Positions 18,156-28,215 of a stretch of DNA of 64,000 nt are shown piece by piece. Every line of letters begins with the position of its first letter. Within the stretch, counting starts at the first letter, position 1. The notes beneath the pieces were generated by a model. The model was not told the DNA's origin, did no database searches, and saw nothing but the letters and a program-made list of their open reading frames with translations. This DNA comes from an uncultured Candidatus Saccharibacteria bacterium (GTDB lineage: Bacteria > Patescibacteriota > Minisyncoccia > Phycocordibacterales > UBA9973), in the NCBI GenBank assembly GCA_964397435.1, contig CAYNHU010000001.1:209-64208 (forward strand), given 5' to 3'. The position numbers were made by a program, and so were the translations under genes.

Positions 18156-19868
18156 TTAGTTTTGTGTGTACTCTGGTGTGTTCTGTGCCATCCATTGTAA
18201 CTGATTAAGCGCAACAGCCGCGGCACCCGGAGCCGTCGCATCAGTTCCTCGTTCCATCATTACGACAAACGCATACCGGGGATTATCATACGGGAAAAAT
18301 CCAGTCGCCCACGCATTGATGAATTGATTGTTCACGCCAACCTGCGCGGTACCGGTTTTGACAGCAACTTTAAATGGCAGCGAGTTAAGCGCTTTTGCAG
18401 TTCCGTTTGGATCAGTCACAACGAGACGCATACCTTCGCGTACAACTTGGAAATAGTCTTTTGAGAGATCGAGATTTTGTTTTTGTGATTCAAATGAAGT
18501 ATCGCCTTTGCGCACGTGTGGAGAAACCAGCGTGCCATTATTTGCAATCGCCGCAACTGCGCGAATCATTTCAACTGGAGTTACTTGCACACCGTATTGT
18601 CCAATTGCAGTGTTGTAGGTGTCACCTACACGCCATGGATCACCAGGGAAATATTTCGCTTTCCATGCAGGACTTGGAATCGTACCACTCTTTTCATTTG
18701 GCAAATCAATATTCGTAGGAACACCAATACCAAACATTTTGAAATATTTACCAATGTTATCAATACCAATTCCTTTCTGTGATTGGTAACCGCCTCCAAC
18801 GTTATAAAAGAAAATGTTTGATGAATACGCAAGCGCATGACGCACATCAACAATACCGTTATCGGGACGGTAATCTTTGAATACACTTGGACGTGATGGA
18901 TCGTATGGATTTGGAATGGTAATTGAACCACGAGACACAATGCGTGTTGAAGGTGTAATAACGCCTTCAGTCAATGCACCCATTGCCATATATGGTTTTA
19001 CGATTGATCCCGGTGAATACAATCCAGCAACAGCACGATCCAAAAACGGCTTGTTGATGTCACGCAAATAAGCACGAATGCGTTCAACATCATCACCAAT
19101 TGACATCACATGTGAAGAATACTCAGGGAGACTCGTGATTGCGAGTAATTCACCTGTCGTAATGTCCATAATCAAACCAGCACCACCTTTGTACCCTGAC
19201 TGCTGCATTACACCGCGAATAGCATCAGCAAAATTTGCCTGCAATCGTGCGTCGATTGAAAGCGTTACGTTTTCACCTGGAACTGGTTTATAAATCTGAT
19301 TTGAAAGTGTTGTCTTACCATGCACATCACGTTCAATGAGGCGTGTACCATTTTGTCCACTTAAAATCTCGTTGTACTGTTTTTCAATCCCATCTTTACC
19401 AATAAATTCAGTTTGCCAAAAATTACCAGATGAATCTTTTGATGGATAGCTCACGTATCCAAGCAAGTGTCCGAAACCATTTTGAGCAATGTACGCACGT
19501 CGAGAAAATGGTTCATCTGTTGTTGGCTGTTCATTCCATGCAAGCAGCGTTCCGTTGCGATCATAAATAACACCACGCTCTGCAAAAATCGGCTCGCGTC
19601 CAAGTTGGTTTTGCTGACTCTGAGTAAAATAACTTGAACCTTTCAAACCCTGCATGTACAACAACCGAAATCCGAAAATACAAAAGATAATCAAAAAAAC
19701 AGATTGCACAACAAGCAATGTTTGCTTACTGATCGCTTGTTCGATACGTCCTTCAAATTGCTGCTTATCAAACTGAGGTAAGTTTTTTGCATCCAAAAAA
19801 ATCTCGTCTGGTTCTACGAATGCATGAGAGTAACGTTTTTTGAATCTAAAAAAATCAAATAGTGCCAT
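18156..19868 (-). CDS. mrdA: Penicillin-binding protein 2 (MrdA-like)
   Basis: AERGVIYDRNG, GKDGIEKQY, YSPGSIVK, SSNIFFY, KTGTAQ. Confidence 0.88.
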   Translation of the reverse strand: MALFDFFRFKKRYSHAFVEPDEIFLDAKNLPQFDKQQFEGRIEQAISKQTLLVVQSVFLIIFCIFGFRLLYMQGLKGSSYFTQSQQNQLGREPIFAERGVIYDRNGTLLAWNEQPTTDEPFSRRAYIAQNGFGHLLGYVSYPSKDSSGNFWQTEFIGKDGIEKQYNEILSGQNGTRLIERDVHGKTTLSNQIYKPVPGENVTLSIDARLQANFADAIRGVMQQSGYKGGAGLIMDITTGELLAITSLPEYSSHVMSIGDDVERIRAYLRDINKPFLDRAVAGLYSPGSIVKPYMAMGALTEGVITPSTRIVSRGSITIPNPYDPSRPSVFKDYRPDNGIVDVRHALAYSSNIFFYNVGGGYQSQKGIGIDNIGKYFKMFGIGVPTNIDLPNEKSGTIPSPAWKAKYFPGDPWRVGDTYNTAIGQYGVQVTPVEMIRAVAAIANNGTLVSPHVRKGDTSFESQKQNLDLSKDYFQVVREGMRLVVTDPNGTAKALNSLPFKVAVKTGTAQVGVNNQFINAWATGFFPYDNPRYAFVVMMERGTDATAPGAAAVALNQLQWMAQNTPEYTQN

Positions 19869-20127
19869 AACGGGTAAAACGCTTGAGAGCTTCAATGACT
19901 GCAAAAAGTATCGCTCCGATAAGTGTTCCAACCACAGTTATACCATGAAAACGCATCAAGGGCACGCCAAAGAAAATATCGCTAAGTGTGAGGACGAGGA
20001 CGCCTTCAACGTACCAGTCAAAAAAGTAGAATCCAATGCTTGCCAAAATAATAGTTACCCAAAACGGAGTCCAGAAAACCGAAAGCAAGCAGCCGACAGT
20101 ATAGAGAATACGAAAAAGTGTTGTCAT
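19855..20127 (-). CDS. Small multi-TM protein upstream of mrdA
   Basis: 90 aa, hydrophobic, overlapping both neighbours. Confidence 0.7.
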   Translation of the reverse strand: MTTLFRILYTVGCLLSVFWTPFWVTIILASIGFYFFDWYVEGVLVLTLSDIFFGVPLMRFHGITVVGTLIGAILFAVIEALKRFTRYGTI

Positions 20128-20672
20128 ACAATTACATTAAAATAACGCAACACAACACGGAGTACTACAAACGCGCCAATCAAAATAGCTCCATAGAAAA
20201 GATACATTTTACCGAAGAAAAGTGCGAGAGCTGCGTACCAATAAAATCCTGGGCCAGCATCATACGCAACTGACACATTTCCCTGTGCTGGTTTGCCCTT
20301 GATTGCGATCGTTGCATCCTTCCCCGCCACATCGCGAAGAGCTTCATATTTTTTAGCGAGATCCTGACGATACACGTCAAATGTATTCACTTTGTCTTTG
20401 ATCGATTGTGGAATCACGGCTACAACTTTTTTCTCCCATTCATCAATAACCTCGAGTTGCGTATCGAAACTGCCCGTAGCTGAAGTTGCTGTTGTTTTGG
20501 TTGTGGCTGTTTTTGAAGTGGTCGTAGGAGTTACCTTTGTCTGTGTTGTAATTGTTCGCTCCGTTGTTTGCGGCGTGCGATCTGGGGCAAATTGAAACTG
20601 CTGTGCAGCAACAACCTGTGGAGCAAGCATTCCGAGAACTATCATTGTGTATACAATACCAGTCCGTTTCAT
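20124..20672 (-). CDS. Exported protein with Thr-rich linker and C-terminal TM hairpin
   Basis: Signal peptide VAA|Q, TTT-rich segment, TATACT 7 nt upstream. Confidence 0.75.
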   Translation of the reverse strand: MKRTGIVYTMIVLGMLAPQVVAAQQFQFAPDRTPQTTERTITTQTKVTPTTTSKTATTKTTATSATGSFDTQLEVIDEWEKKVVAVIPQSIKDKVNTFDVYRQDLAKKYEALRDVAGKDATIAIKGKPAQGNVSVAYDAGPGFYWYAALALFFGKMYLFYGAILIGAFVVLRVVLRYFNVIV

Positions 20673-20690
20673 ACCGGTTAGTATAGCATA

Positions 20691-22175
20691 TTATTCAACG
20701 TGTACCTGAACGTCTGTTCGTTCTTTTTTAACATTAAGTGTAAGCACTGCAAATGCACCAACGAGGACAAGAATACTTGCAAACACAAACACGTAGTCGT
20801 ACGCAACAATTTGCGCTTTGAGTGTCACGAGCGCAATATATATCTGTGTGGTAATTGGATCGTGCGCATTCAATACACTGTGACTGTTAATAGTCAGCAC
20901 ATTGTGTGTGATGCGATTACTCAAGATAGTACCGAACAACGCAATACCGAATGCACCTGCAATGTTACGTACGAGTGCGAGCACCGAAGATGCAATACCG
21001 ATTTCGTGCGGATCAACCACTGAGGCAATCACATTAGTACGCTGCGCCATACCGAAACCAAGACCAAACGCCATAATACAGAGCGGGATAATAATATCGA
21101 GTGCCGTTGAACGCGGATCGAGCCATGAGAACATGAAAATACCAATACCAGCAACAAGCGTACTTGCAAAAATAACGTATCGAGCTTGCACGCGACCAGT
21201 TAGCATACCACCAATAGGCGCTGCGAACATGAGTGCTGCTGCCATTGGCATAAAGAGATATCCAGATTCAGTCGCATTGTAACCAAGAAATGTTTGCGCA
21301 AAAATAGGCACCAAAAATAAACCTCCCATCATACCCATGAACACAACGAAGTTATTGAACAATGTATTGACAAACGCTGGGATTGCAAAAAATCGAAGAT
21401 CAACGATTGGCTCAGGAACTGTTTGTTCAATCTTGATAAAGATCGCGAACAAAACAACCGCAAAGAAATAACACACGAATGCTGGCACTGAAAACCAACC
21501 CCAATCCAATCCCTTATCAAGAATGAGCACCAATGCAGACAATGAACCACCCAACGTCAACGCACCCCACCAGTCGAAGTATGCCGTTTTTGATTCTTGG
21601 CGAGATTCATTGATAAATCGTACTGCCATGTATGTTCCCAAAATACCAATCGGCAAGTTAATAAGAAACACTGAACGCCAGCCAAACAAATCAATCAGTG
21701 GACCACCAAGGAGCGGGCCAAACACTGATGCAGCAGCAAACGAACTAGACCAAATACCGAGTGCTTGCGCGCGTTCTTTACCCTCTTTGAATGTCACAGC
21801 AAGAATCGCCATCGCGGTTGGATAGTCAGCAGAACCAGCAATCGCCTGAATGACACGAAACACGATCATTGATGAAAGATTCCATGCGAGACCTGCAAGC
21901 ACTGAACCGAGGATAAAAATAGTGAAGCCTATGATATATACTTTTTTTCTTCCAATGGTATCACCAAGTTTACCCCAGATCGGCACAAAAATCGCGTTCG
22001 CAAGAATGTACGCAGTGGCAATCCAACCGGCAGCAGAAACCGTAATGCCGAAATCATTGATGATATTAGGCAGTGCGAGGTTGACGATCGTTTGATCGAG
22101 ACGTCCAAGAAATGTACCCACGATAACCGTGAGCAAAATCCACCAGCGAAGATTGTCGGTTTTTGCTTCTTGCAT
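20691..22175 (-). CDS. DHA2-family MFS efflux permease (EmrB/QacA)
   Basis: LDQTIVNLALP, GKLGDTIGRKK, WRSVFLINLPIG; ~14 TM. Confidence 0.92.
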   Translation of the reverse strand: MQEAKTDNLRWWILLTVIVGTFLGRLDQTIVNLALPNIINDFGITVSAAGWIATAYILANAIFVPIWGKLGDTIGRKKVYIIGFTIFILGSVLAGLAWNLSSMIVFRVIQAIAGSADYPTAMAILAVTFKEGKERAQALGIWSSSFAAASVFGPLLGGPLIDLFGWRSVFLINLPIGILGTYMAVRFINESRQESKTAYFDWWGALTLGGSLSALVLILDKGLDWGWFSVPAFVCYFFAVVLFAIFIKIEQTVPEPIVDLRFFAIPAFVNTLFNNFVVFMGMMGGLFLVPIFAQTFLGYNATESGYLFMPMAAALMFAAPIGGMLTGRVQARYVIFASTLVAGIGIFMFSWLDPRSTALDIIIPLCIMAFGLGFGMAQRTNVIASVVDPHEIGIASSVLALVRNIAGAFGIALFGTILSNRITHNVLTINSHSVLNAHDPITTQIYIALVTLKAQIVAYDYVFVFASILVLVGAFAVLTLNVKKERTDVQVHVE

Positions 22176-22187
22176 ATAAGAGTGCGA

Positions 22188-22832
22188 TTACTTTGCTTGT
22201 GTGTGAACTGTTATTTTCGCAGACATACCATTTTTAAGTTCTGGATATACTGCACTGTCGAAGCGAACTTTCACAGTAAATTTTTTGATAGGTCGTTTGT
22301 CTGAGATTGAGAAAACAACTCCTGTTTCAGATGATGTTGGACTAATTTCATCAACAAGACCTGCGTATACTTTTCCAGGAAACGCATCAACGGTAAATGT
22401 TACGCGCTGACCAACAGCAACGTCTTTGAGACCTTTGTTTTCCTCAACAGATGCAACAACTTTCATCGCTGTTGTTTTGATAACTGACACGACAGTCATA
22501 CCAGGTGTGTAATAGCCACCGAGCGCTTCAGGAGTAAATGAAACAACTCCTGGCTCTTTTGATGTAACAACAGTTGTACCAACAAGTGCGACGGCAGTGT
22601 TTGCAGCAATAGTATCGCCTGTTTTGACGTACAACGCATTCAATGTACCTGGAGCAACTGGAGAAAGATTTACGAGAGGCGCATCGAGATATGCAGCATC
22701 AGAAAATACAGTTCCTGCGTTTGATTGCCAAAAAAGAAAGAGGCCGAGCAAACTAAAGACAACAACAGTAATCGAGAGACTCTGTACCCAAGGTCGAGCG
22801 AACATATTTGTTTGTGTATTTTTGTTTTCCAT
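22188..22832 (-). CDS. HlyD/EmrA-family adaptor lacking the alpha-hairpin
   Basis: TM, adjacent lipoyl halves, beta-barrel (VGQRVTFTVDAFPGK, LKNGMSA). Confidence 0.8.
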   Translation of the reverse strand: MENKNTQTNMFARPWVQSLSITVVVFSLLGLFLFWQSNAGTVFSDAAYLDAPLVNLSPVAPGTLNALYVKTGDTIAANTAVALVGTTVVTSKEPGVVSFTPEALGGYYTPGMTVVSVIKTTAMKVVASVEENKGLKDVAVGQRVTFTVDAFPGKVYAGLVDEISPTSSETGVVFSISDKRPIKKFTVKVRFDSAVYPELKNGMSAKITVHTQAK

Positions 22833-22851
22833 ATGAGATAGCTCGTGAGAA

Positions 22852-23916
22852 TTAACGATCAAGGAGGATTTCAATTGCAGGTGCATTTGATGCAGCAATC
22901 TGTCCGGCTGTAATCAGTACGTTAGTAATCGTTCCATTTTCAGGTGCAGTAATGATTGTGTTGCTATATGCAGCTTGTGCAATTTCAAGCGCTCCTCGTG
23001 CACTTTCAACTTGTGCTTGCGCTGTTGCAACATCTTCAGGACGAGCAGCCGTAACAAGTTGTGTGAGGTTTGCTTGTGCTTGATCGACAGCCGCTTGTGC
23101 TGTTGCAAGAACCTGATCGCGAGTCTGCAATGCTTGCTGGTATGCATTGTAATTAGTGAGGTAGTTTGGAGCAGTTGTATTTGGTAACTCAAGTGTCCAT
23201 GTTGTAGTAGTTGCAGCAGCTGCGTCACTAAACTGAATAAACAAGCCAGAATCGCCGAGAGGTTGTGGTGCAGCTTTTTTCATTGAACCAGTACCTTCTA
23301 CCAAACCAGATACAGTAAAGTAACCACCATCAGATGATTGATTTGTGGTGATAGTAATGACGCCTTCGACATCTTTTGTATATGTACCTGAAATAGTTGG
23401 TGGTGTAAGCACAGTGTCACCAGTAGTACGAGGAATAAGTGTTGAGTTCAACAATGCACGGTGCGCATTCGCAACCAATACTGATTGCTGCTTTTTTGCT
23501 TCAGCAAGATTCACAGTTGCAGTATTGAGTGCTGCCTTGGCAACATCGATTGCAGCACCAGTCGCACCGTTGATGATTTTCTGGTAGTTTGCTTGTGCCG
23601 CTGTATATGCAGCACGAGCTTGTGACAATGCACCAACGGCGTTACCCGCATCAATCGTTGCAAGCACATCGCCTTTTTTAACAACATCACCAGTTTTAAC
23701 AGAAACAGTTGCAATGCGGCCACCAGCAACAAAACCAAGTGTTAAATCTCGTGTACCAGTACCAGTGATAACTTGATCAGCAGATGCTGCAAAATCAACT
23801 GTTGGAATATTATGAATTCGGTAATAACCCCATGCTCCAACGCCAAGCGAAATAACAATCGTCGTTGCTGCAACGAGTTTCGGAGTATTAATAAATGTGT
23901 GTACGTGTTGTTTCAT
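22852..23916 (-). CDS. HlyD-family adaptor with long coiled coil, lacking the beta-barrel
   Basis: GGRIATVSVKTGDVVKKGDVLA, Ala/Gln coiled coil, ITAPENGTI, then stop. Confidence 0.8.
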   Translation of the reverse strand: MKQHVHTFINTPKLVAATTIVISLGVGAWGYYRIHNIPTVDFAASADQVITGTGTRDLTLGFVAGGRIATVSVKTGDVVKKGDVLATIDAGNAVGALSQARAAYTAAQANYQKIINGATGAAIDVAKAALNTATVNLAEAKKQQSVLVANAHRALLNSTLIPRTTGDTVLTPPTISGTYTKDVEGVITITTNQSSDGGYFTVSGLVEGTGSMKKAAPQPLGDSGLFIQFSDAAAATTTTWTLELPNTTAPNYLTNYNAYQQALQTRDQVLATAQAAVDQAQANLTQLVTAARPEDVATAQAQVESARGALEIAQAAYSNTIITAPENGTITNVLITAGQIAASNAPAIEILLDR

Positions 23917-23919
23917 ACG

Positions 23920-24339
23920 TTATTGAATAAGAATAGTAATAATACGTTCAAGAGTCTTTTTGTCGTTTGGACTCAGTCGATCAATCATTTCCTGTATCAC
24001 TGTTTGCTTGTGGGTCACTGCTCGCGCATACAGGTCTTTTGCTTTTTTGGTTAAGCTGATACAAATAACTCGACGATCCTGCTTGTCTGGCGTTCGATCA
24101 ATCACACCTTTTTTCTCCAGTTCATCAACAATACTTGTTGCAGACGGAGGTGTGATTTTCAAATGGTTGGCAATCGCACGCATCGTAACCGTACCCTGCG
24201 TGCCGATAAAGCGTACAATTTCCATTTGAGAAAATGTCAGCTCGTGCGGAAATCTCTCCCTGCGACACATATCAACGATTTTACGCCGAAGTGTGAGCAG
24301 CAAGTCTTCCAGATTGGGTTGTGGCGTAGATGATGCCAT
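23920..24339 (-). CDS. MarR-family transcriptional regulator
   Basis: LTFSQ, IANHLKITPPSATSIVDELEKKG, DRRVICISLT. Confidence 0.92.
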   Translation of the reverse strand: MASSTPQPNLEDLLLTLRRKIVDMCRRERFPHELTFSQMEIVRFIGTQGTVTMRAIANHLKITPPSATSIVDELEKKGVIDRTPDKQDRRVICISLTKKAKDLYARAVTHKQTVIQEMIDRLSPNDKKTLERIITILIQ

Positions 24340-24347
24340 AAACAATA

Positions 24348-24402
24348 AGACTATCTAATAGTTAGATAGTCTAAGTATATCGCAGACGAGAAGTCCTGTC
24401 AA
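24348..24402 (-). promoter_or_regulatory. TTGACA-17-TATACT promoter with palindromic operator AGACTATCTAA-N3-TTAGATAGTCT
   Basis: -35 at 24397-402, -10 at 24374-79, 11-bp perfect inverted repeat 24348-72 over the expected transcription start. Confidence 0.85.
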
Positions 24403-24424
24403 CCAAAAAACACCCTAGAAAAAC

Positions 24425-24982
24425 CTAGAGTGTTTTGAATGTTACGTTTGTTGGTATCGAGAAAACTCCTTCATCTACTGACCATGGAGTGCAGTTGTAG
24501 TCGCCGATTTGTTCAGCGTTGAATGAATATGTTCCTGAAGTACTTGCACTACCTGATGCTGGCGTGTCTTTTGGATCAACTGTTTTGGTCTTGTACCCCA
24601 TCCCCTGCATCATTGATGACCATGTGTAACTGTAACCCTCACGAACGAGAATATTGGTATCAATAGTCATGCCTTGTACTTTTGTTGAAAACACGCCACT
24701 GATACGTCCACCATCGATGTAAACCTTGCCTTTTGATTCGATATTCTGAACGTACTGGTTCACAGTACACTGATATGCGCCACCTTGTTTCAAAAAATCA
24801 GCGAACGCCATTTTCTTGCCTGATGAAGTCGGCTGATTCTCTACAACACCCTCAGATGTTGTAGTTTTTGTTGATGAAGACTGTGACGGACTTTTTGTAA
24901 TCACCGCGTAACTAATACCCGCGACAACAGCAAGCGCTGAGATCGCTCCAATAATTTTGATTGATGTAATGTGTGTAAACAT
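24425..24982 (-). CDS. Hypothetical membrane-anchored/exported protein
   Basis: N-terminal TM, Ser/Thr linker, beta-rich domain with a Cys pair. Confidence 0.75.
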   Translation of the reverse strand: MFTHITSIKIIGAISALAVVAGISYAVITKSPSQSSSTKTTTSEGVVENQPTSSGKKMAFADFLKQGGAYQCTVNQYVQNIESKGKVYIDGGRISGVFSTKVQGMTIDTNILVREGYSYTWSSMMQGMGYKTKTVDPKDTPASGSASTSGTYSFNAEQIGDYNCTPWSVDEGVFSIPTNVTFKTL

Positions 24983-25004
24983 GTGATGATTGTAGCATAG
25001 TTTA

Positions 25005-25496
25005 TTAAAATCGGACTCTAACTTTTTCTGCCATTTCCTGAGTACTTACATACGCCAGGGCATCAATCTCAGAGTTACGAATTTCAATGGTATCCCATCC
25101 AGGACGTTCATATATAGACGCACCAGAAATTATCTCACCGTTTAAAATACGATTTTTGAGTTGTTGATAATCATCCAATGAGAGTACGAAATCAACATCA
25201 CCGGCTTCGGGTGAATCCAAATTAGGTCTACGAATATATAGATGAGTATAGGTAGCAGGTGGTATCGTATCAACTTGGTCAACGGTAATAGGATTTTTAA
25301 GCTCAAAGTATTTCTGATCTGGATTGCTACTTGAATACGTAAGTTCTTCGCGAATTTTTGTAAAGGCTTCAAACTCAGCTTCCGACTGACAAAAGATACC
25401 GATGTTACCCGCCACTGGTAAATACACACCAAGCGCTTGATGACAAAGCTTGGAACATCCTATGTGAATTTTTTGTATTACATTTTTTAAATCCAT
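25005..25496 (-). CDS. Hypothetical protein
   Basis: 163-aa ORF downstream of tRNA-Gln. Confidence 0.7.
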   Translation of the reverse strand: MDLKNVIQKIHIGCSKLCHQALGVYLPVAGNIGIFCQSEAEFEAFTKIREELTYSSSNPDQKYFELKNPITVDQVDTIPPATYTHLYIRRPNLDSPEAGDVDFVLSLDDYQQLKNRILNGEIISGASIYERPGWDTIEIRNSEIDALAYVSTQEMAEKVRVRF

Positions 25497-25556
25497 TTTT
25501 TACTTTTTTCTTTCTTCGATTTAGTTAGTTCTGTAATCTTTGAAAGTCGATCTTTG

Positions 25557-25627
25557 CTACGGGACTAGGACTCGAACCTAGATTAACGGGACCAAAACCC
25601 GCTGTCCTACCATTAGACGATCCCGTA
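25557..25627 (-). tRNA. tRNA-Gln(TTG)
   Basis: TACGGGA...TCCCGTA-G; anticodon arm gcggg-ttttggt-cccgt. Confidence 0.95.
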
Positions 25628-25652
25628 AAGGGTGCGATCGTAATGATCGCGG

Positions 25653-25689
25653 GATACGAGGGGCTGCCCGAAGGGCAGCCCCTCGTATC
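25653..25689. repeat. 17-bp perfect hairpin with GAA loop between dnaX and tRNA-Gln
   Basis: gatacgaggggctgccc-gaa-gggcagcccctcgtatc, no T-tail. Confidence 0.8.
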
Positions 25690-25702
25690 TACTGGTATCT
25701 AT

Positions 25703-26779
25703 TTATTTACCACTCGTATCTTGCCCTAAAATCTCAATCAACGCAAGTTCTAACGGGAGCGATTGGATAAATGTATGCTTGAGACCTTGGTACGCGCCGA
25801 GTATTTTTTCCAAATGCGCTGAGGTAAACATCTCTTTGTGTCCGGCAAGCAATTTCTCAAGTTCAGCCTTGTCGGTATCACTCATCTCAGCAGTTAACGC
25901 AGTATATGACGGAGCGACACGAAGCACTAATGCAATACGGAACAAATGAACGAGCAACTTCACAAACAACTTCATATCAATATTTTGCACTTGTGCTTGT
26001 CCAACAGTCGTCAACGCTTCTTCGAGATTTCGTTCAGCGATAGCGTGGAGTACTGCATACACCAGTTTGCGTGATGGTGCACCAGTGATTGCTTCAATTT
26101 CTTCAATGCTAATTTTTTTTGCTGATGCAAATGACAACACCTTATCAAGCACGCCTTCGGTATCTCGAAACGATCCATCACCGAGAAGCGCAATCAATTC
26201 TGCCCCACTCTCATCAATACTGTAGCCTTCTTTTTTTGCAATATCAGTAACAAGTGTGCGAAGCAACGCATCAGTTGGCTTTTTGAATGTAAACAACTGG
26301 CAACGTGACACGATAGTATCAGGAACTTTTTCAAGTTCAGTTGTTGCGAGAATGAAAATGACATGCGCTGGTGGTTCTTCAAGTGTTTTCAAAAGTGCAT
26401 TAAACGCTGCTTTTGAAAGCATGTGCACTTCATCGAGAATATACACTTTGTATTTTGAATCAAACGGAAGTGTGCGCACACCTTCGCGAAGTAAATGCAC
26501 ATCTTCTACTTTGTTGTTTGACGCAGCATCAATTTCATACAAGTCGTTGACTGATGTGCCGAGTTCTCGTGCAAAAATACGAGCAACAGACGTTTTACCA
26601 ATACCGCGTGAACCATAAAAAAGATACGCGTGTGCGATTTTGCCTGTTTCGATAGATTTCTGAAGTACTGAGGTAATATGATCCTGTCCCAATACGTCCG
26701 CAAATGTTTCTGAGCGGTACTTTCGATAGAGCACGTGGTTCGTTTCGCGTGCGTTGCTGTCATCCTTCTTCTTTGCCAT
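25703..26779 (-). CDS. dnaX: DNA polymerase III subunit gamma/tau
   Basis: LYRKYRS, GSRGIGKTS, EIDAASN, ILDEVHMLS, LLKTLEEPP, SRC. Confidence 0.96.
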   Translation of the reverse strand: MAKKKDDSNARETNHVLYRKYRSETFADVLGQDHITSVLQKSIETGKIAHAYLFYGSRGIGKTSVARIFARELGTSVNDLYEIDAASNNKVEDVHLLREGVRTLPFDSKYKVYILDEVHMLSKAAFNALLKTLEEPPAHVIFILATTELEKVPDTIVSRCQLFTFKKPTDALLRTLVTDIAKKEGYSIDESGAELIALLGDGSFRDTEGVLDKVLSFASAKKISIEEIEAITGAPSRKLVYAVLHAIAERNLEEALTTVGQAQVQNIDMKLFVKLLVHLFRIALVLRVAPSYTALTAEMSDTDKAELEKLLAGHKEMFTSAHLEKILGAYQGLKHTFIQSLPLELALIEILGQDTSGK

Positions 26780-26859
26780 ATAGGGTGTAGTATAGCAAAA
26801 AGAAAAACCCGATGCGAATCGCTCCGCAAAGGGTTTTAAAATACATAGTTTGTTTAATT

Positions 26860-28170
26860 CTATAACAAGACAAGTGCGTCTTTATCAGGGCCGGTACCAT
26901 AACCAATAATACGAACCTCCGGACCTAAGTTTGTAGTAAGCATACTCTCAACCGCATTAAAGAAAAGGTTTAAGTTAACGTTTTTCATATGGTCTTCTTG
27001 TGGTTTCCAATTAGACCAGCCGTTAAAGTCTTCAATAATTAAATCCTCTGCATGGATTTCTGAAAGTGAAAAGTATGTTCTTTTATACTCTGTTACCAAT
27101 CTCATAGTTGAAACCGGGCAAATGTCTGCTTTTGTAAAAAACACTTTCGTGGTTCCAGTTGCACGTATTGCTTCAATAAGTAACGGCATATCAAGATGGC
27201 CAATTCTACGAGGGCGACCAGTTGATGCCCCATACTCATTACCTGCTTTACGAAAAACCTCTGCAGTCTGCTCATCCATTTCTGAAGGAAAATATCCCTC
27301 TCCAACTTTAGTAACATATGGTTTTGCAACACCCCACACTTCTTTTATGACAGTATGCGGTAAGCCAAGCGAAGTAAGTAATGCAGCCGGTGTGGTATTA
27401 GAGCTCGTAACATTGGGATAGTCGCCCAAGATACGATCAAGCATGTATGCTTGCGCACCTTCAGCTAAAATTTTCTTTCCCTTGCCTGCAAACTCATACG
27501 CACGGTGAGTCAGATTACTAATCCAGTTTGTATCAATTGCATGTACGGCAGATAACCATTCCTGTTCAGCAGTATCCATAGCTTCATTTGAAACAATATA
27601 TTCATAGCCAGAGTAGAAATTAATCAGCAAACTTCTTTGATAATCGAAATGTTTTTTACATTTCTGTTTAAAATCGGGCGATATAATATCACCAATACGC
27701 AAACCATTTCTGCTAGTATCGTACATATAGCCGGGGCCAATGCCGCGACCAGTTGTACCAACTTTTTTACCGTTTTGTGCTTTATACGCTTCTTCTGCAG
27801 CGTCAATAAAACAATCAAACGGACTTGCTAATATGGCGCGATAATCAATGTAAAGTCGGTTTGTAATTTTGAACTGGTTCCTTTTGCTTTCAAGCTCATC
27901 AATTTCTTTTTTTAATTGAATTGGGTTAACAAGCACATTACCGCCTATCCAACATTCTTTACCAGGAGACAAAGCCCCGCTTGGTAAAATATGTGCAATA
28001 AACGTAACACCATCTGTTTCAAGTGAGTGGCCAGCGTTATGACCACCATTGAAACGTAAGATTGCGTCAAACTCTTCAAGAAGTGCTAAGAGAAGCTTAC
28101 CTTTTCCTTCGTCACCCCACTGCAGTCCGACAACAACTGTAATGAATTTCTGAAATAAATTGTTTTGCAT
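26860..28170 (-). CDS. purA: Adenylosuccinate synthetase
   Basis: GLQWGDEGKGK, GGHNAGH, GTTGRGIGP, EGAQ, YPNVTSS, EYGASTGRPRRIG. Confidence 0.95.
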   Translation of the reverse strand: MQNNLFQKFITVVVGLQWGDEGKGKLLLALLEEFDAILRFNGGHNAGHSLETDGVTFIAHILPSGALSPGKECWIGGNVLVNPIQLKKEIDELESKRNQFKITNRLYIDYRAILASPFDCFIDAAEEAYKAQNGKKVGTTGRGIGPGYMYDTSRNGLRIGDIISPDFKQKCKKHFDYQRSLLINFYSGYEYIVSNEAMDTAEQEWLSAVHAIDTNWISNLTHRAYEFAGKGKKILAEGAQAYMLDRILGDYPNVTSSNTTPAALLTSLGLPHTVIKEVWGVAKPYVTKVGEGYFPSEMDEQTAEVFRKAGNEYGASTGRPRRIGHLDMPLLIEAIRATGTTKVFFTKADICPVSTMRLVTEYKRTYFSLSEIHAEDLIIEDFNGWSNWKPQEDHMKNVNLNLFFNAVESMLTTNLGPEVRIIGYGTGPDKDALVLL

Positions 28171-28215
28171 GATACCTATGTTTTTTTGTTTTGTATTTTG
28201 TCGTTTCGTAAAAAA

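Noticed and set aside
19855-20672. mreC/mreD assignment for the genes upstream of mrdA
   Set aside because: No MreC coiled coil or beta-barrel motifs, and the 90-aa protein is much shorter than MreD; position alone is insufficient
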